DNA of 64,000 bases from Candidatus Poseidoniales archaeon (lineage in GTDB: Archaea > Thermoplasmatota > Poseidoniia > MGIII > CG-Epi1). The stretch's first letter is position 1, and every line of letters starts with the position of its first letter. The stretch covers positions 1,879 to 65,878 of the forward strand of contig JBJLCA010000039.1 of NCBI GenBank assembly GCA_045567915.1. The letters are read 5' to 3'. The notes under the pieces are model-generated. The model ran no database searches. It was not told the origin of the DNA and saw nothing but the letters and a program-made list of their open reading frames with translations. Shown one piece after another: positions 47,777 to 58,339 of this stretch. A program made the translations under genes and the position numbers.

Positions 47777-49506
47777 AAGGAGAAATATATAGAGTGTCAG
47801 GGCCGGTTGTAACGGCCAGAGGTGTTTCACCTCGTATGTACGACGTGGTACTAGTAGGCCACGAAAAATTGATGGGTGAGGTCATTGGTCTGGAAGATGA
47901 TGACGTTACAATTCAGGTGTATGAAGATACATCTGGAGTCAAACCTGGTGAACCTGTAGAAAATACAGGCGAACCCCTATCTGTAGAGTTAGGTCCCGGT
48001 CTTCTCACATCGATTTATGATGGTATTCAAAGACCATTACCTGTATTGCAGGAAAAAATGGGAGACTACATCGAAAGGGGTGTTACTGCACCTGGATTAG
48101 ATCATTCCAAAAAATGGGATTTTGTTCCTACAGTAGATGTTGGATCCTCAGTAAATGGTGGTCAAATGATAGGTACTGTACAAGAAACTCCAACAATCTC
48201 TCACAAAATATTAGTTCCTCCTTTTTCATCTGGTAAAGTTACAGAATTAAAGAAAGGAACCTATACAGTTGATGATATCATTGGTAAATTAGATGATGGT
48301 ACTGAATTAAAATTAATGCAACTGTGGCCAGTTAGAGTTCCTAGGCCATATAACAAAAAGTTCCGTCCAGATATTCCATTAGTTACAGGTACTCGAACAC
48401 TAGATGGTCTTTTCCCTATTGCTAAAGGTGGAACTGCAGCAATTCCTGGGGGTTTCGGTACTGGTAAAACAGTTACTCAGCAGACACTTGCAAAGTGGTC
48501 AGATGCTCAGATTGTAGTTTATGTTGGATGTGGTGAGAGGGGTAATGAGATGACTGAAGTTTTAACAGAATTCCCTCATTTGAAAGATCCAAAGACAGGC
48601 GGGCCATTAATGGATAGAACTGTTTTAATTGCTAATACTTCCAATATGCCAGTGGCTGCACGTGAAGCTTCAGTTTACACAGGTATAACTTTAGCAGAAT
48701 ATTACAGAGATCAAGGTTATGACGTGGCTATGATGGCAGATTCAACTTCTCGTTGGGCAGAAGCAATGCGTGAAATTTCATCTAGGCTTGAAGAGATGCC
48801 TGGTGAGGAAGGTTATCCTGCTTACCTAGCAGCACGTCTTTCAGAGTTTTATGAAAGGGCAGGCAGAGTTCAGACTAAGAACGATGAAAGTGGTTCAGTT
48901 ACAGTTATTGGGGCAGTATCTCCACCCGGTGGAGATTTCTCAGAGCCTGTAACTCAGAATACTTTGAGAATTGTTAAAGTTTTCTGGGCTCTTGATTCAA
49001 AATTAGCTCAAAAAAGGCACTTTCCTGCAATTAATTGGTTAACTAGTTATTCTCTTTACAATCGTAGTTTAGAAGGTTGGTATACTGAAAATGCAGGCGA
49101 TGAATGGAATGATAGTATTGCAACTGCAATGGCAGTATTAACAGAGGAATCTAAATTACAAGAGATTGTGCAATTAGTAGGTTCTGATGCACTTCCAGAA
49201 GACCAGCAGTTAACATTGGAAGTGGCTAGAATGTTAAGAGAATTTTACTTACAACAGAATGCTTTCCATGATGTAGACACTTATTGTAAAACGCAAGATC
49301 AGTCTAAATTTTTATCAGTAATTCTTCATTATAAAGATTTGGCAGAGAAGGCAATGAGTAGCGGTGTTGAACTTGAAAATGTCATTGGTTTACCAATTTT
49401 AGAAGATATTGGAAGAGCTAAATTCGAAGAAAATATGGTTGAATTGTTGGAAAAATATGATAAAACAATGACGGATGATTTTGCTAAATTAATGGAGGAA
49501 GCATAA
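47767..49506 (+). CDS. atpA: A-type ATP synthase catalytic subunit A
   Basis: P-loop GGFGTGKTV, the non-homologous-region insert, and ...[16 protein letters not shown]-like motifs. Confidence 0.95.
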   Translation: MEIKGEIYRVSGPVVTARGVSPRMYDVVLVGHEKLMGEVIGLEDDDVTIQVYEDTSGVKPGEPVENTGEPLSVELGPGLLTSIYDGIQRPLPVLQEKMGDYIERGVTAPGLDHSKKWDFVPTVDVGSSVNGGQMIGTVQETPTISHKILVPPFSSGKVTELKKGTYTVDDIIGKLDDGTELKLMQLWPVRVPRPYNKKFRPDIPLVTGTRTLDGLFPIAKGGTAAIPGGFGTGKTVTQQTLAKWSDAQIVVYVGCGERGNEMTEVLTEFPHLKDPKTGGPLMDRTVLIANTSNMPVAAREASVYTGITLAEYYRDQGYDVAMMADSTSRWAEAMREISSRLEEMPGEEGYPAYLAARLSEFYERAGRVQTKNDESGSVTVIGAVSPPGGDFSEPVTQNTLRIVKVFWALDSKLAQKRHFPAINWLTSYSLYNRSLEGWYTENAGDEWNDSIATAMAVLTEESKLQEIVQLVGSDALPEDQQLTLEVARMLREFYLQQNAFHDVDTYCKTQDQSKFLSVILHYKDLAEKAMSSGVELENVIGLPILEDIGRAKFEENMVELLEKYDKTMTDDFAKLMEEA

Positions 49507-50885
49507 TGCAGAAAGAATATAAAACAATTAAAGAAATTTCAGGTCCTCTGGTTTTTGTTGAAAAGACAGAGCCTGTATCTTATGGAGAATTAGTACAAGT
49601 TTCACTTCCAGATGGAACAACAAAAAGAGGTCAAGTTTTGGATACCTCACACGATATTGTTGTTGTTCAGATTTTTGAAGGAACTACAGGTATAAACAAA
49701 GAATCTGGAGTAAAGTTTTTGGGCGAAACCATCAAAATTAATCTTTCGAAAGATATGTTAGGAAGAATTATGAGCGGAGCCGGAGAGCCAATCGATGGCG
49801 GGGCACCTATAATTCCAGAACAAAGGCAAGAAATTATTGGAGCTGCAATCAACCCTTATTCAAGAGATTCACCTCTGGAATTTATTCAAACAGGTATTTC
49901 TACAATAGATGGTTTGAATACATTGGTCATGGGGCAGAAATTACCAATTTTTTCAGGAGCAGGTTTACCTCATAATGATATTTCGTTACAAATCGCGCGT
50001 CAAGCACAGACTTTAGGTGCAGATAGAGATTTTGCGGTTGTTTTCTGTGCAATGGGTATTACAGATGAAGAAGCTCAGTATTTCATGGCAGATTTCGAGA
50101 GAACCGGAGCTCTAAGTAGGGCTGCAGTTTTCATGAACTTGGCCAGTGATCCTGCTGTTGAAAGATTAATTACGCCAAGAATGGCTCTTACTACTGCAGA
50201 ATACCTTGCTTTTGAAAAAGGATATGATGTTCTTGTTATTTTAACGGACATGACTAACTATTGTGAGGCTTTAAGGCAGATTGGAGCAGCTCGTGAAGAG
50301 GTTCCTGGACGTCGTGGTTACCCTGGATACATGTACACCGATTTGGCTCAGATATACGAGAGAGCAGGTTTAATCAAAGGAAAATCAGGTTCAGTTACAC
50401 AAATTCCAATTTTGACTATGCCTGGTGATGATATAACTCATCCAATTCCAGATTTGACAGGATATATTACCGAAGGTCAAATTGTTGTGGCTAGAGATTT
50501 ACATCGGAAAGGAATTTATCCTCCAAATTACGTATTGCCATCACTTTCGCGTTTAATGAACGCAGGTATCGGAGATAAGAAGACACGTGAAGATCATAAG
50601 CAAGTAAGTGACCAGCTTTATGCAGGTTATGCAGAAGGTAACGACTTGAGAGGTCTTGTTGCGATTGTAGGTAAGGAGGCCCTTTCTGAGAGAGACCAAA
50701 AGCTCCTTGAGTTTGCAGATGAGTTTGAAGAAAGATTTGTTACTCAAGACAGAGAAGAAAATCGATCGATTGAAGATACATTGGAGATCGGTTGGGACAT
50801 GCTAAGTAAATTACCCGAATCTGCATTAACAAGAATTGATCGTAAGACTCTTGATAAATATCATCCAGCTTATAGGAAAAAATAA
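49506..50885 (+). CDS. atpB: A-type ATP synthase regulatory subunit B
   Basis: Conserved B-subunit sequence ([10 protein letters not shown]...) with a degenerate P-loop. ATAATG overlap with atpA. Confidence 0.95.
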   Translation: MQKEYKTIKEISGPLVFVEKTEPVSYGELVQVSLPDGTTKRGQVLDTSHDIVVVQIFEGTTGINKESGVKFLGETIKINLSKDMLGRIMSGAGEPIDGGAPIIPEQRQEIIGAAINPYSRDSPLEFIQTGISTIDGLNTLVMGQKLPIFSGAGLPHNDISLQIARQAQTLGADRDFAVVFCAMGITDEEAQYFMADFERTGALSRAAVFMNLASDPAVERLITPRMALTTAEYLAFEKGYDVLVILTDMTNYCEALRQIGAAREEVPGRRGYPGYMYTDLAQIYERAGLIKGKSGSVTQIPILTMPGDDITHPIPDLTGYITEGQIVVARDLHRKGIYPPNYVLPSLSRLMNAGIGDKKTREDHKQVSDQLYAGYAEGNDLRGLVAIVGKEALSERDQKLLEFADEFEERFVTQDREENRSIEDTLEIGWDMLSKLPESALTRIDRKTLDKYHPAYRKK

Positions 50886-50889
50886 TTAA

Positions 50890-51507
50890 ATGAGTACATC
50901 AGACGTTAAGCCGACTCGAATGGAGCTCATTGAAACTAAACGTAAAATTAAGCTTTCAAAAAGTGGATATAAGTTATTGAAAATGAAGCGTGATGGTCTG
51001 ATTATGGAGTTCTTTGAATTATTGCCAAAGGTAAAAGATTTGAGGAGTCAATTATCTGCACTATATTCTGATGCTATGGAAAAGTTAGCGATTGCAGTTG
51101 CAGCAGATGGAAAGACTGCGCTTGAATCGGCAGCTAATTGTCTGAATAAGGCCCCTGAAGTAGAACTGTCATCGAAGAATATTATGGGTGTTGTTGTCCC
51201 TTCAGTAGAAGTGACAGCAGTCGAAAAGTCTTTGGAAGACAGAGGTTATGGCTTGATAGGAACCTCAATTCGTGTTGATGAAGCTGTTCATTCTTTTGAA
51301 AAGTTATCTGAAATGATTATTTTGGCTGCTGAAGGTGAAACTACAATGAAGAAGTTACTCGACGAGATTGAATCTACAAAACGTAGAGTTAATGCTCTAG
51401 AGTTCAAAGTTATCCCAAGTTTGGAAGAAATAGCAAAATATATTTCTTTCAGACTAGAAGAGTTGGAAAGAGAAAGTATTTTCGGTCTAAAACGCATTAA
51501 AGGATAA
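50890..51507 (+). CDS. atpD: A-type ATP synthase subunit D (central stalk)
   Basis: MSTSDVKPTRMELIETKRKIKLSKSGYKLLKMKRDGL is the D-subunit N-terminal coiled-coil signature. Confidence 0.9.
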   Translation: MSTSDVKPTRMELIETKRKIKLSKSGYKLLKMKRDGLIMEFFELLPKVKDLRSQLSALYSDAMEKLAIAVAADGKTALESAANCLNKAPEVELSSKNIMGVVVPSVEVTAVEKSLEDRGYGLIGTSIRVDEAVHSFEKLSEMIILAAEGETTMKKLLDEIESTKRRVNALEFKVIPSLEEIAKYISFRLEELERESIFGLKRIKG

Positions 51508-51656
51508 TGGACTGGTTAATTGAACAAATGGAAGATCCTGATAAACGGGTTCGCTTATTCAAAACAATGGCAGTTATTTCCCAAGGTATGGTAGTTTTGG
51601 GTGTTGCCATATTCATATGGATTTTCAGGCATCAACTTACGGAATTACTTAGTTAA
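51507..51656 (+). CDS. small hypothetical membrane protein (49 aa) translationally coupled to atpD
   Basis: ATG overlaps the atpD stop (TAATG). Product [49 protein letters not shown] has one TM helix. Not in the ORF track because it is under 60 aa. Its 3' end overlaps rps27ae convergently. Confidence 0.3.
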   Translation: MDWLIEQMEDPDKRVRLFKTMAVISQGMVVLGVAIFIWIFRHQLTELLS

Positions 51657-51801
51657 ATTTAGTATATCCGCATTTTCCACAAGATACTCTGTCCTTGTGC
51701 ACTGCTAAAAATACACCAGGGCCGCAGTCTTCTTTAGGACAAAATTGTTTTTTGCGTACTAACTTTCCGTCAGTTACTTCATACTGTTTAATTTTACTCA
51801 T
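51649..51801 (-). CDS. rps27ae: 30S ribosomal protein S27ae (S31e), C4 zinc ribbon
   Basis: Manual translation of the minus strand gives [50 protein letters not shown]. The start ATGAGTAA overlaps the rps24e stop. Absent from the ORF track because it is 50 aa. Confidence 0.8.
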   Translation of the reverse strand: MSKIKQYEVTDGKLVRKKQFCPKEDCGPGVFLAVHKDRVSCGKCGYTKFN

Positions 51802-52174
51802 CCGTTTTTTCTCCTTCATCGGTAGAAGATTCTTCTACAGGTGCCTCTTCAGAAGGGGCAGCTTCTTCAGCCTTCTTTTCACCTGAGTGTGAGTCTATGT
51901 CCTTATGTCTGTCCATTGAAGGTTTAGTTTCTATTCTTGTTAAAGATTCTTTATCTGAATAAACTTTAGCATATCCATGAGTCTCTGTTTTCCCATAAGC
52001 ATTCTTTAAGTGATCGATAATGACTAATTCTCTGTTTGCCTTTAGTTGCTCAGCTAAGTTTTTGATAACTTGGTTTCTTCTAGGCGTGGAGTCTTCATTA
52101 TGCTTAATGACTACTTTAATTTCCTGTCTGCTTAGCAGAGGATTATCGTTTTGCTCGGTTATTTCTAATTCCAT
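51794..52174 (-). CDS. rps24e: 30S ribosomal protein S24e with acidic C-terminal tail
   Basis: [21 protein letters not shown]...[15 protein letters not shown] is the S24e signature. The E/A/S-rich tail is low complexity. Confidence 0.85.
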   Translation of the reverse strand: MELEITEQNDNPLLSRQEIKVVIKHNEDSTPRRNQVIKNLAEQLKANRELVIIDHLKNAYGKTETHGYAKVYSDKESLTRIETKPSMDRHKDIDSHSGEKKAEEAAPSEEAPVEESSTDEGEKTDE

Positions 52175-52675
52175 TTATTTCACCAACATTCTTTCAAGAA
52201 GCTTATTGGTCCTCTCTTTTGTTTGTTGACTGACGTCAACTACTACCATACCTTTGTCGGGCATCCCATAAATTACCTTCGCTCCAATTTTACAGTGTTT
52301 AATCGCAGGCAATGTGGCTAAATCCTCTTCCCCTAATACTATAATTCGAGTTTTTTCATGACTATTAACGGCTTTTTCTATTTCCAAGTACAGTTCTTCA
52401 GATATAGTTCCAGCTTTATTGTCTATTTTAACAGTTTTACAATTTATGTTATCGATTACACTTTTTTGTTCATTAGTCAATTCGATATTCCGTTTTGTTT
52501 TATAGTCTACAATCATTAAATCCGGAATACGTATTTCTTCAATAATTTTTATTGTACATATGTCTCCAATAGTCGCTATAAAATCAGATTTTTCTAAAAA
52601 TGGAGGGGAACTTGTATAAATTTTTGATTTGGTTTGCTTTAATTCCTGAGCCATTTCAGGCTTTAGAACGTACAT
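52175..52675 (-). CDS. DUF359/COG1909 protein (GTP-dependent dephospho-CoA kinase family candidate)
   Basis: 166 aa. Placed between spt4 and rps24e, the conserved archaeal location of COG1909. GD..T-type motif IATIGDICT. Identity rests mainly on synteny. Confidence 0.5.
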   Translation of the reverse strand: MYVLKPEMAQELKQTKSKIYTSSPPFLEKSDFIATIGDICTIKIIEEIRIPDLMIVDYKTKRNIELTNEQKSVIDNINCKTVKIDNKAGTISEELYLEIEKAVNSHEKTRIIVLGEEDLATLPAIKHCKIGAKVIYGMPDKGMVVVDVSQQTKERTNKLLERMLVK

Positions 52676-52861
52676 TTAGCGAACACGTAGGGCATAGCGC
52701 CCAGGTGTTTTGATTCCCATTTCTTTAGCTAAAGATGATTTTTCTGGATTCAAGATCTCTACGAAACCCTGCCATTCCCTTGATATTTCAGATTCTGGAC
52801 ATCTTGGACAATTGCTTTCCTCAAGAATCATATGACATTCTTTACAAGCAAAATCAGCCAT
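52676..52861 (-). CDS. spt4: transcription elongation factor Spt4 (RpoE2)
   Basis: 61 aa. Zn ribbon CKECHMILEESNCPRC and C-terminal ...KTPGRYALRVR are typical of archaeal Spt4. Confidence 0.8.
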   Translation of the reverse strand: MADFACKECHMILEESNCPRCPESEISREWQGFVEILNPEKSSLAKEMGIKTPGRYALRVR

Positions 52862-53427
52862 TATTCACCGCCAGCGGCTGCCTTATCTTGATCTTCGGCT
52901 ATCCACTCGTGTTTACCTAATCCAGGCTGTCGCATTGTTAAACCTATCTTAGATTCACGTGGTGAAATTTCGTTTATTGAAACAGTTACAATTCTTGCTC
53001 TAACCTTATCTCCGACTCTCAACTCTCTTTTAGTTTCCTTGCCTACTAATCTTTGATTACCAACATCTGTGTTGATGTGATCATCTTGTACTTGTGAAAC
53101 ATGCAATAGTCCATCTAATGGTCCAAATCTTACAAATGCACCATACTCAGTTATTTGGTCGACGACACCTTCAACAACTTCTTGAACTTTAATGTCGAAA
53201 AGAAGCATATCCATTCTAACTGGCTGATATACAGCTCCATCTCCATGAACTACACGACTGTCTCCAGTTAGCTTTAGATTAGTAATGAGGACAACTAATT
53301 TTTGGTCTGGCCCCATTCTTCCTTCGAATGCTTGATGGGCTAGTTCCATCGTCACTTTTTCTATATCTTCATTTAAGCGATCTGGAGGAATTCGAACCAT
53401 GTCGTCTCTTGTATGTAAGTAATACAT
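52861..53427 (-). CDS. rpoE: DNA-directed RNA polymerase subunit E' (Rpo7) with S1 domain
   Basis: N-terminal Rpo7 fold ([15 protein letters not shown]...), then S1/OB domain ([26 protein letters not shown]). Confidence 0.85.
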   Translation of the reverse strand: MYYLHTRDDMVRIPPDRLNEDIEKVTMELAHQAFEGRMGPDQKLVVLITNLKLTGDSRVVHGDGAVYQPVRMDMLLFDIKVQEVVEGVVDQITEYGAFVRFGPLDGLLHVSQVQDDHINTDVGNQRLVGKETKRELRVGDKVRARIVTVSINEISPRESKIGLTMRQPGLGKHEWIAEDQDKAAAGGE

Positions 53428-53464
53428 TATTTTTTCTCAGTAGACCCCACTATAAACGGACTTC

Positions 53465-55552
53465 TCAAAGTCCTGCCAGAACTAAACTAACTACAGACAT
53501 TAATTTAATTAAAATATTGAGACTTGGTCCTGCAGTGTCTTTGAATGGATCACCAACGGTATCTCCAACTACAGCTGCCTTATGTGAATCAGACCCCTTA
53601 CCGCCGTGTGCGCCACCTTCTATGTGTTTCTTTGCGTTGTCCCATGCGCCACCAGAGTTTGACATGAAAATAGCCATCAAAACACCTGAAACTGTTACTC
53701 CTGCAAGAACTCCAGCAAGCATTTGCATTCCATCATCATCACTTAGAATTCCTGTAGTTGGTAAAACTATAGCAAATATTACTGGTGTTGAAATAGCTAA
53801 TAGACCTGGTGCAACCATTTTCTTGATTGCAGCCTGAGTTGAAATATCAACACACTTAGCAAAATCAGCTTCTGCTTTACCGTCCAGGAGTCCTTCAATT
53901 TCTCTAAATTGCCTTCTAACTTCTTCAATCATTTCGAAAGCAGCTTCGCCTACAGCTTGCATCGAGAATGCAGCAAAAACAAATGGTAGCATTCCTCCAA
54001 TGAAAAGACCAGCTAATACTTTCGGATTAAGTATATCAACTTCAGTTATTCCAGCTTGTGTAGTAAAAGCAGCGAAAAGGACTAATGCCGTTAGTGCAGC
54101 TGAACCTATCGCGAAACCTTTTCCGATTGCAGCAGTAGTATTTCCTACCGCATCTAGTTTATCGGTTCTCTCTCTTACGATTGGTTCTAGTCCAGTCATC
54201 TCAGCAATTCCACCTGCATTATCTGCAATAGGTCCATATGCATCAACTGCAAGTTGAATTCCAATTGTAGACAGCATTCCAAGTGCAGCTATTCCAATTC
54301 CATACAAGTGTGCCACTTCATATGAGATTAACATAGCTAAGGCGATGGTAATTACTGGGAAAGCTGTAGAAATCATTCCCATTCCTAATCCTGAAATAAT
54401 ATTTGTTGCTGAACCAGTTTCCGAGGCTTTAGAAATCTCATGTACCGGACCATATTCATCAGAAGTATAGTATTCAGCAAGTAATCCAATTATAATTCCG
54501 GAAGCAACTCCTGCCAATGTAGCAAAGAATAAATCTAGAGTTTGTAGCATATCTACTTCTTCGGTTCCATCAGTATTAGTTCCTACAACCCATTTCAATC
54601 CCTCTTCAGGTAGCATATTGTCAATAACAAGGTATGAAGCTGCTAACATCATTCCAGCAGCACCGAAATGGCCTGCATTGAGTGCCTTTTGTGGATTTCC
54701 ACCCTCTTGTGTTCTAACAAGGAATGTACCAATAATGGATACAAAAATACCAACAGCAGCTAATGTTAGCGGTAATTGAACCAAATCTGGTTGATTTTGA
54801 GCTGCAGCTAAAACCATAGCTCCAATAATAACACCTACGAAAGATTCAAACAAATCAGCCCCCATTCCAGCAACATCACCAACATTATCACCTACGTTGT
54901 CAGCAATAGTAGCAGGATTTCTTGGATCATCTTCAGGGATTCCAGCTTCCACTTTACCAACAAGGTCAGCACCTACATCTGCGGCCTTTGTGTAGATTCC
55001 TCCACCCACTCTAGCGAAAAGAGCAATAGATGAAGCCCCTAGTGAAAACCCGGCCATTACAGACAGTCTATCTTCTAAATTTTCGAAACTACTTTCTAAA
55101 CCTATGTAAAGTAATGATAGCCCCATAACACCAAGTCCAGCTACACACATCCCCATTACAGCTCCACCAGAAAATGCCACACTCAAAGCATCGTTTAGAC
55201 TTGTTCTTGCAGCGTTAGTAGTTCGGCTGTTAGAAGCTGTAGCTGCCCACATTCCGATAAATCCCGCTAATCCTGAGCAAAGAGCTCCGAAAACGAATGC
55301 CAAGGCGATGATTCCTTGGCCTTTAGAGTTGTAACCTAGAAATAATAATACAGCTACAACTAAAACAAAAATAGACAGTACCCTGTATTCCCTGTTAAGG
55401 AAAGCCATAGCTCCGTCCCTTATATGCCCAGCAATTTTTGCTATTTCTTCAGTTCCTTGGCTTTGACTTTCTACCCATCTTAATTTCCAAAAAGCGAAAC
55501 CAAGTGCTGAAAGCCATGCAACAATCCACAAAATCATTATGTTTTGATCCAT
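53465..55552 (-). CDS. hppA: membrane-bound ion-translocating pyrophosphatase (M-PPase/HppA), K+-dependent-type signature
   Basis: Signatures [27 protein letters not shown] and [21 protein letters not shown]. ~16 TM helices. [10 protein letters not shown] carries Ala at the K+-dependence-determining position. Confidence 0.9.
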   Translation of the reverse strand: MDQNIMILWIVAWLSALGFAFWKLRWVESQSQGTEEIAKIAGHIRDGAMAFLNREYRVLSIFVLVVAVLLFLGYNSKGQGIIALAFVFGALCSGLAGFIGMWAATASNSRTTNAARTSLNDALSVAFSGGAVMGMCVAGLGVMGLSLLYIGLESSFENLEDRLSVMAGFSLGASSIALFARVGGGIYTKAADVGADLVGKVEAGIPEDDPRNPATIADNVGDNVGDVAGMGADLFESFVGVIIGAMVLAAAQNQPDLVQLPLTLAAVGIFVSIIGTFLVRTQEGGNPQKALNAGHFGAAGMMLAASYLVIDNMLPEEGLKWVVGTNTDGTEEVDMLQTLDLFFATLAGVASGIIIGLLAEYYTSDEYGPVHEISKASETGSATNIISGLGMGMISTAFPVITIALAMLISYEVAHLYGIGIAALGMLSTIGIQLAVDAYGPIADNAGGIAEMTGLEPIVRERTDKLDAVGNTTAAIGKGFAIGSAALTALVLFAAFTTQAGITEVDILNPKVLAGLFIGGMLPFVFAAFSMQAVGEAAFEMIEEVRRQFREIEGLLDGKAEADFAKCVDISTQAAIKKMVAPGLLAISTPVIFAIVLPTTGILSDDDGMQMLAGVLAGVTVSGVLMAIFMSNSGGAWDNAKKHIEGGAHGGKGSDSHKAAVVGDTVGDPFKDTAGPSLNILIKLMSVVSLVLAGL

Positions 55553-55635
55553 TATTTCTCCTTGTTTAGTTAAACTTTACAGTTAAACATAAACTATTTT
55601 TCGATTTTAGTACTCTATATAAGATTGTTGTACAG

Positions 55636-55836
55636 TTAATCGGATTTACTGTATACCACAAATCTGCCAATAAATGCAAAACCTAAAAGTACAACAAGAA
55701 CAGAATATATTCCAATATCCCACCATACTCCAAACTTCAACCCCCAACCAATCCAAAATAGTAGAGCTATTGGAATCAATGAGAAGTAGAACCCTTTCGT
55801 CATTTTCTCTTGTTCGGGTAAGTTTTCTAAGTTCAA
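55636..55836 (-). CDS. small hypothetical 2-TM membrane protein
   Basis: 66 aa, two hydrophobic helices, co-directional just upstream of hppA. No other support. Confidence 0.3.
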   Translation of the reverse strand: MNLENLPEQEKMTKGFYFSLIPIALLFWIGWGLKFGVWWDIGIYSVLVVLLGFAFIGRFVVYSKSD

Positions 55837-56066
55837 ATTTTCACCATCACCATGTCCTTTACTGAACGCACCGTCTCAAAGGGAATATTTAACATATTGT
55901 CTGAATTTACTTGAAAACCTTCAGGAATTTCTCCATCCGAAGAAATTACAAGTGTTTTTAGCTCTCCAGAGGTAGAATCAAGGATGACGTTGGATATAAA
56001 TCCTAACCTTTCACCTGAAACTGTAGTTACTTGCTTATCTTTTAAGTCTGATAGTCTTATTTCCAT
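55833..56066 (-). CDS. PRC-barrel domain protein
   Basis: MEIRLSDLKDKQVTTVSGERLGFISNVILDSTSGELKTLVISS matches the PRC-barrel consensus. ATG at 56066 preferred over the upstream GTG. Confidence 0.55.
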   Translation of the reverse strand: MEIRLSDLKDKQVTTVSGERLGFISNVILDSTSGELKTLVISSDGEIPEGFQVNSDNMLNIPFETVRSVKDMVMVKI

Positions 56067-56067
56067 A

Positions 56068-58296
56068 TTACATGTAGAGGTCGTCTTCACTACGCTTTTG
56101 TTTGCGTACTGTGCGGGTTCTCAGTTTCTTTCCTAGCTCTGCGTAGTATTTTACAGTATCCTCGGTCACTGAAGGTGTGACTTCTTCAAGTGCAGCATCA
56201 AAATGTTTAGAAGTTACTTTTTTAGCTTCATCATCTTCTCTTAGGGCCAATATTGCAGCTTCTCTAACTACCCCTTCGATATCTGCACCAGTATAACCAA
56301 CCATTTTGGCGGCTATCTTGTCCAAATCCACTTTTTTCAAGGGCATATTGCGTGTGTGTATGCCAAGAATCATTTTTCTTGCCTCTTCATCAGGCTCGTT
56401 TACCAATAGCATTCTATCGAATCTTCCTGGCCTTAACAATGCAGGATCTATAATTTCAGGTCTGTTAGTAGCTCCAATAATTATCACCCCTTCTAAATTT
56501 TCAAGACCATCCATACTTGTTAGCAACTGATCGACTAATCTATCACTAACTTTATTTTCACTTCCTCCAGTTCTAGCGGGAGCAAGAGCATCTAATTCGT
56601 CTAAAAATATAATACATGGAGAAACTTGTTTGGCTTTTCTAAATACTTCTCTTAATTTTTTCTCCGATTCCCCAACCCATTTGGACATTACTTCAGGGCC
56701 TTTAATGGCAATGAAATTGGCAGAGGACTCAGTAGCTACAGCTCTCGCAATCAATGTTTTTCCAGTTCCTGGTGGGCCATAAAGTACCATTCCTCTTGGT
56801 GGTGTAATTCCTAATCTTTCAAAGCCTTCTGGATTTGTAAGAGGCCATTCTACCGTTTCCTTTAGTTTCTGTTTGACTTCATCAAGTCCGCCTACTTGAT
56901 CCCATTTAGTTTTGGGAATTTCTACCATTACTTCTCTCAATGCTGAAGGTTCAACGTCTTTCAGAGCTTCCTTAAAGTCTCCTTGCTGTACTTCCATTTC
57001 CTGAAGCAATTTACTTGGAATCGGTTCATCTAGGTCAATTTCTGGTAAATATCTTCTTAGGGCACTCATTGCAGCTTCTCTTGCCAAAGCCGCCAAATCT
57101 GCGCCCACAAAGCCATGTGTTATCTCAGCAAAATGATCTAGCTCTTTCCAGTGACCTTCTTTGTTTCTTTTGATAGGCATTCCTCTAGTGTGAACTTGAA
57201 GGACCTCTCTTCTTCCTTCTCTGTCAGGAATTCCTATTTCGATTTCACGATCGAATCTACCTGGCCTTCGCAAAGCTTGATCGATAGCATCTGGACGATT
57301 GGTTGCAGCAATTACAATCACCTGGCCTCTTGCTTGTAATCCATCCATAAGCGTTAGAAGCTGAGCTACAACGCGTCTTTCGACCTCGCCCTGTGTTTCA
57401 TCACGTTTTGAAGCTATAGAATCAATCTCATCGATGAATATAATGGAGGGTGAATTGGTTTCAGCTTCTTCAAACTTTTGTCTCAGATGGGCTTCAGATT
57501 CTCCATAATATTTATTCATGATTTCAGGACCTTGAATCGATAAGAAATTAGCTCCAGACTCGTTAGCAACAGCTTTTGCTAACAAGGTTTTACCAGTTCC
57601 AGGAGGTCCGTATAGTAAAACTCCTTTTGGTGGATCTATCCCCAATGCCTCGAACAGTTCAGGATGTTTAAGTGGTAACTCAATCATTTCCCTCACCTTC
57701 TTAATTTCTTCTTTTAATCCACCTATATCTTCGTAAACAACTCCTGTCGTAGTTAGTTCTTCTTCCTTTACTGGGTCTTCGTGGACTTGAATAACAGTGT
57801 CAGCTTGGATTTGTATAATTCCCTTAGGCTGAACAACAGTAACTGCAAAGGGTAATCTTCCCCCCATCAAAGTTAATCCCGGTACAATTACTACATCACC
57901 TTTTGTTAATGGACGTCTGTTAAGTCCACGTAATATTACTTCTTCAATTCCAGGCCCAAATTGAACGCGCCCAGATTGATCCATCATTGGTGCTAGAACT
58001 ACTTTCTGTGCAGGCTTAACTTTAGCCTTTTTTACTTCAACTTTATCGCCAAGATTTACTTTGGCATTATTTCGAATTAATCCATCTACTCTGATAATTC
58101 CCTTGCCTTCGTCTTCAGTTCTAGCTCTCCAAACTATTGCTACAGTTGGATCTCTTCTTCTCCCATGTATTTCTACAATGTCACCAATAGATAATCCTAA
58201 TTCGTTGCGTGTAACAGTGTCAAGTCTTCCTCTCCCGTATCCAACTTCGTCCTGTAAAGCTTCAGCAACTTTTAGGGTTATAGATTCTTCTCCCAT
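56068..58296 (-). CDS. cdc48: CDC48/VCP-like AAA+ ATPase (N-domain + D1 + D2)
   Basis: Two complete AAA modules ([17 protein letters not shown]... and [17 protein letters not shown]...) with second-region-of-homology motifs and an N-terminal double-psi barrel region. 742 aa. Confidence 0.9.
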   Translation of the reverse strand: MGEESITLKVAEALQDEVGYGRGRLDTVTRNELGLSIGDIVEIHGRRRDPTVAIVWRARTEDEGKGIIRVDGLIRNNAKVNLGDKVEVKKAKVKPAQKVVLAPMMDQSGRVQFGPGIEEVILRGLNRRPLTKGDVVIVPGLTLMGGRLPFAVTVVQPKGIIQIQADTVIQVHEDPVKEEELTTTGVVYEDIGGLKEEIKKVREMIELPLKHPELFEALGIDPPKGVLLYGPPGTGKTLLAKAVANESGANFLSIQGPEIMNKYYGESEAHLRQKFEEAETNSPSIIFIDEIDSIASKRDETQGEVERRVVAQLLTLMDGLQARGQVIVIAATNRPDAIDQALRRPGRFDREIEIGIPDREGRREVLQVHTRGMPIKRNKEGHWKELDHFAEITHGFVGADLAALAREAAMSALRRYLPEIDLDEPIPSKLLQEMEVQQGDFKEALKDVEPSALREVMVEIPKTKWDQVGGLDEVKQKLKETVEWPLTNPEGFERLGITPPRGMVLYGPPGTGKTLIARAVATESSANFIAIKGPEVMSKWVGESEKKLREVFRKAKQVSPCIIFLDELDALAPARTGGSENKVSDRLVDQLLTSMDGLENLEGVIIIGATNRPEIIDPALLRPGRFDRMLLVNEPDEEARKMILGIHTRNMPLKKVDLDKIAAKMVGYTGADIEGVVREAAILALREDDEAKKVTSKHFDAALEEVTPSVTEDTVKYYAELGKKLRTRTVRKQKRSEDDLYM

Positions 58297-58339
58297 GGAC
58301 TTAATGCAATCTTTGGGTTCAAATAACTAATGGTGGTTA

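Noticed and set aside
54000-54257. 85-aa + ORF inside hppA
   Set aside because: Antisense to a highly conserved PPase. Ala/Ser-rich mirror translation.
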